Below, piece after piece: positions 51,834 to 64,000 of a stretch of DNA of 64,000 bases; position 1 is the stretch's first letter, and each line of letters opens with the position of its first letter. Under the pieces are notes generated by a model. That model was not told the DNA's origin. It was given only the letters and a program-made list of their open reading frames with translations, and did no database searches. This DNA is from Octopus vulgaris (lineage: Eukaryota), in NCBI GenBank assembly GCA_951406725.2, contig OX597818.1, positions 77,934,001 through 77,998,000 of the forward strand. The letters are read 5' to 3'. The translations under genes were made by a program, and so were the position numbers.

Positions 51834-53117
51834 TTGGGTTGGCAACTAAGTTCCCACCGATTTTTTAAATTTAAAATTTTTAAAAGGTTTAATAAAAAAT
51901 AACTACTTATTAATCATTAATGTATTCACCCTTCTTCCCAACGTTCAGCAAGATTTTCAATACCTCCTTGGTAGAAATCATCCGATTTCGACTCGAAAAA
52001 TTGATCCAACCAAGCTCTCAATTCTGTGTCAGTATTGAACGAAACTCTGCGCATAGCATTTGAAAGAGATCGAAAGAGGTGGAAATCCGTTGATGCCAAA
52101 CCAAGAGAGTACGACGGGTGTGGCAGCACTTCCTAGCCATGCGTTTGAATGGTTTCCTTGGTCATATTGGCGATATGAGGGCAGGCGTTGTCGTGCAGCA
52201 GAAGAACCCCATGCTGCCGATTAGGTTTTTTCTCTTGAATAGCCGTGTTGAGTCGTTCTATTTGTTGAACATAGAGTTCCGCGTTGACCGTTTGGTTCCG
52301 TTCAAGCAATTCGTAATGGATAATCCCTTCCCAGTCCCACCGTACGCACAACATCGTTTTACGCGGATAAAGATCTTGTTTCACGCCCGGTGTTGCTTGT
52401 TTACCGGGGCTAAGCCATTCCTTACGCTGCTTCATATTGATGTACAGGCACCATTTTTCGTCGCCAGTAACAATTCGGTAAAGAAATCGTTGCTTGTGAC
52501 CATGAGTTGAGCGGTGACGAGCAAGCAAACCAGCGGAGATGTGGTTCGTTGATTTTTGTTGTTGTCACTTAAAGCATGTGGAACCCATGCTCCATACTTC
52601 TGAACCTTTCCCATCGAGTGAAGATGCTTCTCTGTAGCAGTGTAGGAGCATTCCATTTTCTCTGCCAGTTACATTGTCGTTTGAGAAGAATTTTCGTGCA
52701 AAAATTAGTTTAATCGCTCTTGATCGAACTCAACTGGACGGTCAAAACGAGGTGCGGCTTTGAGGTCAAAATTTCCATTTTTGAACTTGGCATACCAATC
52801 ACGAGCGGTTCTTTCAGCTATGGCACCCTCTCCATACACAGCACAAATGTCGCGAGCAGTTTTTGCGGCCTTAGAACCTTGATTAAAAGCAAATAGAGTG
52901 GGGTGTCGAAAATGCTCGTTTTTCTTAACTTACCATTCCGTTTTAATGATCTGAAAATAAACAAAAAATAACTAAAAGAAAAAAAACAAAACAGAATAGA
53001 TTCCAAAATGATTCAAAAACGGAATTGTCGAAAAAAATAGATTCCAAAATTTAAAAACGCAATAAATTCCAAAATTAAAAAAAAAAAAAAACGGCGGGAA
53101 CTTAGTTGCCAACCCAA
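51834..53117 (-). mobile_element. Full-length mariner (1284 bp, mellifera-subfamily-like), transposase pseudogene
   Basis: TIRs TTGGGTTGGCAACTAAGTTCCC(A/G)CCG, TA TSD at both ends; GAWVPHAL, IVTGDEKW, HDNACPH, PHPSYSLGLASTDFHLF; frameshifts and stops. Confidence 0.97.
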
Positions 53118-53194
53118 TATTAAAGTAAAAAATGAAGAAGCAAAGCGTTTGACATCACTCAAAAAAGACACTTGAGATAGAGAATATAAACATA

Positions 53195-54625
53195 TAGTCT
53201 TTTACAGCCGTTTTTAGAATAACCAAGTGTGTAGATTATGATATTGAGTAAGGATTCCATAAGCTGAGTATACCATCATCAAAGAGAGAAGTGAGAGATG
53301 TAAAACTGCAGAAATATTCCCCGTCGAGGATATTAGTATATTCCAGTTTATCAGAAACGAGAGAAGGATCAATGTAAGATAAGTATGCGTTAATATTTGA
53401 GGGGATCTATCCAAATCCGATCACATAATCCCACACAATTATTAAAACAAGCAACACGAAACCTTGTGAAGATGTGTCCGGACATTTCTTAAGTGATTCA
53501 AGTTTTATCACAGGTCTAATTGCAGTAAAACAATTACTTCAGGTTGTCACTAATATATAGTTTAAACATTATATGAGCCCACTTAATTTAGTATATCTGC
53601 GGTATCATCACATCGTTTTTATCCTTTATTTTATAGATCCTCATTCTTTCTATTAATTCATATTCAACGCGTCCTTCCTAGATTGTAATCAATGGAATAT
53701 CCTCACAGTTACAACATTCGCGTAATGAACAAAACACCACTAGGCCTTTTCTTCTCATTGTTTAGAGTTATACACTAAGTAATAAAATACATTTAGTTAA
53801 TTTAAGCTTATATTGTCCATTAGCACTATATTTCTTTCATCCCTGGGCCCTGTAATTTCACTACACTTAAACTTATTAAATAAATGTCTTTCATTTATTT
53901 TTAATTTGTCATCTTTAAATCTTTATTTTTATCCTTCGATTCCCAACGAGCATACACTTTCATTAAATTCCAAATCTTTAGATTTTGATTAATATTATGG
54001 ACATCTGTTTCTAGCACCATAACAACCAGACGAGACCTAAGTTTCCCCTCACTTCTAGTAGTAGCATGCTCACTATAGCTTCAACTTTTCATTATCTTTT
54101 ACAATCATTTTATTACCATCATAACCCCTCCCTCCCACTCCTGCCGCCCTAGAACACTGGCCTGCGCTGGTGGTCGACTAAAAGATGACAGTATCTGACA
54201 TCTGCTATTCTTCATCCCTTTACCTATCTGTTTATGAATATGCACCTCCTAACCTCTTTAGACAAGCATACCCCCTCTATAAAGACTAGTATATATCTAC
54301 TGCCTCTGTCTTTCCTCTACACTGTCGTAAAATATTCCTATTCAACTCTCATTCATTCTCTATTCAAAACTGGAATTGGTAACTTGCCATGGATTATCAT
54401 CGATCATTTTCATTTGAAACTGCTAGTGGACCCTACCTATAATTGTATTATTTATTCGATTATGGAACTGATTAGCGCATATCTTACTTTGGTCTTTCTC
54501 TAATTTCTGATAAACTGGAATATACTAATATCCTCGACTGGGGATATTTCTGCATTTTCACATCTCTCTGACTTCTCCCTCTCTGATCCACAAGCTTGGC
54601 TATTCTAGAAACAACTGTTAGAGAC

Positions 54626-54626
<1 letters not shown>
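53195..54626. repeat. Diverged inverted repeat pair (about 53195-53390 and 54473-54626) with decayed hammerhead-like motifs; probable Penelope inverted pseudo-LTRs
   Basis: GTCGAGGATATTAGTATATTCCAGTTTATCAGAAA versus TTTCTGATAAACTGGAATATACTAATATCCTCGAC. Confidence 0.8.
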
Positions 54627-54678
<52 letters not shown>

Positions 54679-55742
54679 TCTATTCAAACTAAATGTCCTC
54701 TTCTTCATTTCTTACTTTTATATGTATCTACCCGCTCAAGGAGAAACCGCTTCTAGCGCCTCTGATAAGAAACCTCAACATCACACATTCATTTGCCGGA
54801 ATTTTAGTAGCAAACCAAACTAAGCACTGAGTACATACCTATCACATTACGTCAGTTGACGAAAACTTTTTGTTTGTTTGTTTGCTTGTTTGTATGTATG
54901 TATGTATGTATGTATGTATGTATGTATGTATGTATGTATGTATGTATGTATGTATGTGTGTGTGTGTGTGTGTGTGCGCGCACACACACATACACAATCC
55001 TTATTGGTTGTAACCAGTAAAGTGTTTTGGTGCATTTAGGTATTTTAACGTTTGATTTTGCGCTTTATCTTTCGCAAGTTCAATAAATTTAGTACCAGTC
55101 AATTACTGGGGTCAATTTGGTTGACTTTCCCCTCTTCCAACATCTATAGTAGAACACGCCTCAACAGGAGTGAACACTATATACTCATTATACAGGACAT
55201 ATACATATAGGATAAGATTAATACATTCCAGTACTTGTACACAACTCTACATATTCTAGAGCAGCGGTGTCTATCCTCTTTATTTGAACCACGGACAAGA
55301 CAGTTTTCCCACTGACATGGGGATGACGAAAATAATAAAACACACATACGTATATAATACAAATGTAATTGTTACATTATATGTTATGCCATTTATTTCT
55401 TGTAATATATATATAATATATTGAGGTAAAGAAACAAACGATTACACCAACTACATGAAGACGACCTTACCAACTGTCTAACTTACCTAGCACCACACCA
55501 ATGACCGGGTAAAGTATAGGTATTTTTTATCGTATATTATAATGTTGTACAGAGTAATGCATGCTTTGGACGATGTCCTTAACCTATTGCACTACGTCAA
55601 TATAAATAATGAAACAAATAAAAAAACCTCTATGACGGAATAAAGTTTCTCTCTCTCTCCCTTTCTCTTTCTCTCTCCATTTCTCTCTCTCTCCCTTTCT
55701 CTCCCTCTCTCCCCCTCTCCCTTTCTCTCTCTCTATACATAT

Positions 55743-55782
<40 letters not shown>

Positions 55783-55785
<3 letters not shown>

Positions 55786-55992
55786 TTTACTCGTTTCAGC
55801 CATTTGAACGCGGCCATGCTGGAGCACCGCCTTTTAGTCGAATAAATCGACCCCAAGACTTATTCTTTGTAAGCCTGGTACTTATCCTATCGGTCTCTTT
55901 TACCGAACCGCTAAGTTACGGGGGCGTAAACACCAACATCGGTTGTCACGGAATTGTGAGGGGACAAACAGACACACACACACACACACACA

Positions 55993-56041
<49 letters not shown>

Positions 56042-56205
56042 CGACGGGCTTCTTTCAGTTTATATCTACCAAATCCACTCACAAGGCTTTGGTCGGACCG
56101 AGGCTATAGTAATAGACACTTGCCCAAGGTTCCACACAGTGGGTCTGAATCCGGAAACTTGGTCGGGGAAGTAAGCTTCTTGTCACACACAGCCACTCCT
56201 GCGCC
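55783..56205 (-). mobile_element. SINE family B
   Basis: Reverse complement of family B, ends CAGCCACTCCTGCGCC. Confidence 0.9.
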
Positions 56206-57027
56206 TTTTCCAGTAGCTGAACTGTTGCAATGAGACGAGCTTCTTTGTGAATCTTCGATGAACTGCTTCAAGGTCCGCTGTTAATTTTACACTATCGAGT
56301 GACCATATCTGGGAGCAGTAATCCAGGCGGCTGAGGGCGAATTTCCTCCAGTGGACCATCATGGTTTTCTTCTCCCTGATTCTGAAGGTTTTCAGGATCC
56401 AGCCAGCCGTCTGCAGTTTGTCACCATCTTGGCAATGTGCACTTGGAGAAAGTTATCACTCATGTCGATACCCAGGTCTCACACTGATTTAGGTTCTGGG
56501 ATTGTAATCCCTTGTGGGCCAGAGTACCCTGTAAGTTTTACGTTCAGTTATGGGTGCTGGTAGCGCAGGGCTTGGAATTTTTCAGCATTAAACTGCATAT
56601 TATTATATTATTCTGTAAATTGAGTCCAACTCTTGCTACAGGTGTGCAACATTGCAAGGGTTTTGTATTTTCTGCGAGACATTCGTATCCTTTGCGTAGC
56701 TAGCAAGGGTGGCTATCCAGGCAGCTGATAGCATATCTGAGAGGACCACTATGAAAAGCAGTAGTCCTAAGACAGTGCCCTGTAGAACACAGCTCACTAT
56801 TTGTGTTTCCATCGAGGTGGCTCCATTGGACACTTGTGCTTGACTTCTATCTTTCAGAAAATCATGTGATCACTCTTCAAGTTTTCCAGCTATGCCGAGA
56901 TCACACGGTTTGTGGCATATCATACCATGATCCACTTTATCAAAAGCTTTTGCAAAATCAAGGTATATTACGTTCACATTTCAGTTGTTTAGTAACTTCC
57001 TCAACATCCAGTCATAATACAGTTCTG
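56206..57027 (-). mobile_element. CR1-group LINE RT fragment, same family as 44900-46075
   Basis: VIYLDFAKAFDKVDH, SCVLQGTVLGLLLF, YAKDT; nucleotide homology to 45400-46047. Confidence 0.9.
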
Positions 57028-57098
57028 TATTTAAGAGATGAGGAATTATTTACATTATTTACAATTGATGGATATTTGCCCTCATCTTGTTTGTTGTT

Positions 57099-57144
57099 AA
57101 CACAACGTTTCGGTTGATATACCCTCCAGCCTTCATCAGGTGTC
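57099..57144 (-). ncRNA. Minimal type I hammerhead ribozyme within a short repeat element (about 57028-57190)
   Basis: Minus strand: GACAC-CTGATGA-A-GGCTG-GAGGGTATAT-CAACC-GAAAC-GTT-GTGTT; intact core, palindromic AACGTT stem III, GUU triplet. Confidence 0.8.
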
Positions 57145-57658
57145 TTGGGGAAATTTCGAACCTGGGGTCTCATTCTTAATGTATTCTTTAATGTATATAT
57201 GTATATATATATATATGTATATAATTAAAGTCAAAATGAGGGTGAAAAAATTGGATATTAATTTAATAACATCAATTTAAACACCAGTGGCCTAGCGCAT
57301 AAAAGACTGAGATTCAGTAAATATTATTAATACGCAACTATGAGAGAATCCACTATGTGGACGGTCTTACGCTAGATATATATATATATATACAAGATAA
57401 GAAAATGGAGAAATACATCTAAATCAAACATCAATTACCAGATAATACTCAATCATATACTTTATTAAAGCACCACAAAAGAGACTGTAGGGTTAAATAT
57501 AAAAAGCAGAACAAATCAGTGTACATAAAGGAGTGTACATAAAAGAGTAATGTTGTATAATAAGTAGAATATATATAAAAGAGAATATAAATATAAGTAA
57601 ATATAAATATAAGTATAGATTACATCTTACAGCTGTTTCGGCCTTGTAGATAAGTATG

Positions 57659-60208
<2,550 letters not shown>

Positions 60209-60209
60209 T

Positions 60210-60984
60210 TACATGAGGTCTACTCAGTAAGTCTCTGTTCTGTTGCCATAGTAACGGATCTAGAGCACGCAGAGTGACAGTTCTTGGCAAAACTTGTCCT
60301 TGCTGTCTGCTCTTCGTGCGCACCTAGTTTTAACGTTCTAACTCACTTCCGGTATTTACAACAGTGCTTGGATCTAAGGTGTGTAGCGTGTGATCATCCC
60401 ATTGATCAATATGATGAAAATTGTCATGGCGGTACCTGCTCAGAATCCGACGCAAAGTTGCAGATAGTGTATGGAGTGTAATGTATGAGCAGCAAACGTG
60501 TCTACGAGTGGCTCAGCCGTTTCCAAGATGACCGAAAAATGTTGATATTGACAATAGAATTGAGAAAAACATTGCAGATTGTGAAGAGAAAAGCGTTGAG
60601 TCACCATCCGGGAGTTATCAGAGGATGTGCAAATTAGGTACTGTTTGTGCCAAAGCTGCTTTCAGCTGACCAAAAAGACACTCGGGTTTCAGTTGCACAA
60701 GGTCTACCTGATTGTGTTGAGAACGATGAAATCTGTTTGAAAACTTTGCGTCGGCTTCTGAAGAAGTATCGACAAACTTTTGGTAAAACTTGATGCAGAT
60801 TCTCTGTTATGGTTAATACTGCGATCACACGCTACACGCCTTCCTTCGAAGCACTGCTGTAAAAAGAGGATGTAAGCGAGAATGTTGAAATTTAGTGGGC
60901 ATGCGCAGCAAAGTTCAAGGTCAATCTGCGCCAAGCGGCTGTACTCTACATACTTTAGCTTCGTTAATTTACTGATCAGTCCAC

Positions 60985-60988
<4 letters not shown>
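60210..60988 (+). mobile_element. Degenerate mariner derivative with two inverted 5' ends
   Basis: VYGV*CMSSKRVYEWLSRF helix-turn-helix remnant, FVPKLLSADQK; about 60260-60395 is reverse-complement homologous to about 60822-60955. Confidence 0.7.
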
Positions 60989-61019
<31 letters not shown>

Positions 61020-61020
<1 letters not shown>

Positions 61021-61425
61021 CTCTTTTACTCTTTTACTTGTTTCAGTCATTTGACTGCGGCCATGCTGGAGCACCGCCTTTAATCGAGCAACTCGACCCC
61101 GGGACTTATTCTTTGTAAGCCCAGTACTTATTCTATCGGTCTCGTTTGCCGAATCGCTAAGTAACGGGGACATAAACACACCAGCATCGGTTGTCAAGCA
61201 ATGCTAGGGGGCAAACACAGGCACACAAACATACACGCACACACACATATATATACATATATACGACGGGCTTCTTTCAGTTTCCGCCAACCAAATCCAC
61301 TGACAAGGCTTTGGTTGGCCCGAGGCTATAGTAGAAGACACTTGCCCAAGGTGCCACGCAGTGGGATTGAACCCGGAACCATGTGGTTGGTAAGCAAGCT
61401 ACTTACCACACAGCCACTCCTGCGC

Positions 61426-61428
<3 letters not shown>
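61020..61428 (-). mobile_element. SINE family B, full length
   Basis: Close to 29665-30090. Confidence 0.92.
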
Positions 61429-61467
<39 letters not shown>

Positions 61468-61490
61468 TGTGTGGTTGTGTGTGTGTGTGT

Positions 61491-61525
<35 letters not shown>

Positions 61526-62264
61526 CTTTGGAAACAAAGAAGTGCCAATGAGTTGGTATTCTACAAAATATAGATATATATATAATTTGGTGCGGTGTAA
61601 AATATCTGTACATCAGTTTGTCATGTAGTGTCGGATATCTTCACAAACTGTCTACAAGAATATACCATCTGGCATTAAATTCTCTTTCCCCTAAAAACAT
61701 TGTGGATAACCTGTCTAACCTGTGTATTCACAGTTGGTTGCTGCAGTCAGTTTGCTTATCACAAATCTGAAGTTGTAGGAAATAATCCTAAGCTGTGTTG
61801 GTGGCCGTAGTAGTTTGGAGAGAAAGTACTGGTGGGAGGATTACGTGAGGTTTTAGGACTTCGGTGAAATATTTGAGAGGTGTGGTGACGTGAGGCACAC
61901 CTCTATATTTGGAGGTTATCTGCTGTGTATATGAAGAATTAAGTAAAGTTGTCAATTTTCATTGATATTTAATATTATTTTCAAAAAAATTGTTGCTCAG
62001 AAAAAAAAAAGCAAACTGCAAACATTCATATGTATTAGTTGCTGCTGTCGATGTTATAGCTATTGGCTACCTTAAATCCAGAAGATCTACGATCTAAAAT
62101 TTTTCCGACTGTGACCACCCCATCTTCCAGGCATAGTGTATTTGAGACTACATTATCCAAAGTGCGCTTCTCTTTATCAAGACTGTAGAGTGTTGATTGA
62201 GATAGATGATCCTGCTATTTCTAACAGGTCAAGTAACCATGAAGAGACGCCCATATCAGCTCGT

Positions 62265-62435
62265 ATATGCGCGTACACACACATACACGCACACACACAC
62301 ATACACGCGCACACACACATACACGCGCATACACGCGCACACACACATACACGCGCACACACACATACACGCGCATACACGCGCACACACACACACACGC
62401 ACATACACGCGCACACACACATACACGCGTGCGTA
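62265..62435. repeat. (CACACATACACGCG)-type CA/CG microsatellite
   Basis: Direct reading. Confidence 0.95.
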
Positions 62436-64000
62436 TCTCAGAAGTAATTTATTCTCCTTACAGTTGAAACCAACCACCAAGCGAAACTCGAGTACATTGT
62501 TATTTTTGATACACTCAAACGCATTCACGACTTTTATAAATTATGTAACATTCCTAAAATGTAATAGAGAACGTAACTTAGAAACACCGTCCGCATGAAA
62601 CGCAATAGTTAAGTCAGTGTTGATATATGTAGTACAAGGATCATTGAGAAGTTAATTAAAAACAATTATATAGCGAATTATAACAAATAAACTTTAATTA
62701 TTTCGGCAGGCATGGGAAACAACTCCAGACATGACATAGAAATTCTTACATTCTCTCGATTTCCTGTGATTCAGACCGCCTCATGGTTCTAGCAGTCAAA
62801 ATGGAAAAGGCGTTACCCCGAAGGATAGCGAGAGAGATGCGCTGGAACAGCCATAATGACTTAAGGGGTTCGCAGAGCTCATGGTAATTCCTCTAGGGCA
62901 TGTTATATAACTTTGTCATCTTTGATCCTACAGACTTATGATAAAAGACGATCTAACAGTGACCGTCTTTACATTTCTTTCTAAGACAGTGTATTTATTA
63001 TTACTTTATCTGTGTCCTCTCTTTTAAAGATATTACTGCGTAATTTAGAAGAGCTGTAGCCTTTATTTTTAGGAAATCAAATGACAGCATAGAAGTTCTG
63101 TCATTCAATTAGCATTTTCTCAATATGACGAGCTCATACATTTTTATTATTCAAGTAAAAAACCTGGTGTGTATGGTATCAACCTTAACGCAAAGAAAGG
63201 AAAAGCCCACGCTCCTAGAGTTTGACAAAACTGAATGCTCGAAGGCATTTAGTCCACTTAGTCCAGTACTTTGCGGTTGCTCCATGACTTTAATTTCATT
63301 CGAAATATCCACATGAGATTAAAAACAATCAAAATCTTGATCTTGTTCACTACTATGTTATGTACGAGACTATGGGAGAATAAACATAATTGATTAATGT
63401 TACCAATGTCTTCTCTGAAAGATGTTGATGACAAATCTAAGGTATAATGGATTATTTAATGAACAAAGACTGATTCCCATATTTTGTTTTAGCTCATTTC
63501 TTCACTCTTGCACACCATCTATAACAAGGGATGGCAACGGAGTTGTCTGTACGCAAATCCTTTATAATTACTAATTGTCATTACCATCATCATTCTCCCC
63601 CCCTTCTCTCTCAATCATTCCAAATCTCTTCCTAAAACGCAAAGTTACATGACCTAAATAATGACCCATATTTTCATGAGGTATCAACTTTAAGGCAGAC
63701 GCATAAACATACATACAAACACCCCTGCACACTTAATGACACATTTTTGAATTTCGTAAAAGTTCTTTTTCTTTTCTAGATTTCTTTGGAAGGAGTTTTT
63801 AATCTTTCGGAATTTACTTATTAAATTGAAGAGATCTGTTTTAAATTGTTACAGGTTCCTGGTAGTTGCTGGTTGCATTCTCTAGGATTTGAATCAGCAT
63901 TTCTTTTCCGTATTGGATTGCTGTGTCACTATCCCATTCTTTTGTCATTTTTCTATTAGACTTTTGAAATAATGTTTAATAGATGGTATAGTTTTGATTA

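Noticed and set aside
63780-63975. Possible exon or transposon ORF near the window end
   Set aside because: Short frames with stops and no recognisable motif

Overview
Eukaryotic, AT-rich, repeat-saturated DNA, most likely intronic or intergenic sequence from an octopus (inferred from recalled octopus tRNA-derived SINE families; not proven). I found no intact host protein-coding gene. Nearly all long ORFs in the track are translations of (TA/TG/CA)n, (AAT)n or (CATA)n microsatellites, or are transposon fragments. The window contains several SINE families (dozens of copies), a cluster of R4/Dong-type RLE LINEs sitting in (AAT)n tracts, RTE, CR1-type and HERO LINE fragments, an isolated LINE ORF1, Penelope-like elements (RT plus GIY-YIG), three mariner relics (one full length with TIRs and TA TSD) and very long alternating purine-pyrimidine tracts. 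The most notable observations are: (1) several minimal hammerhead-ribozyme motifs in Penelope-type terminal repeats; (2) an LTR-retrozyme-like direct-repeat element whose hammerhead parts occur in a non-canonical, possibly permuted order; (3) an old inverted duplication with a 392-bp near-identical core; (4) a three-donor templated mosaic insertion in a Dong RT; (5) a (TAA)n niche shared in opposite polarity by a SINE and Dong LINEs; (6) a 32-bp minisatellite carrying TCTCGCGAGA. All alignments and folds were done by eye, and repeat boundaries are approximate.
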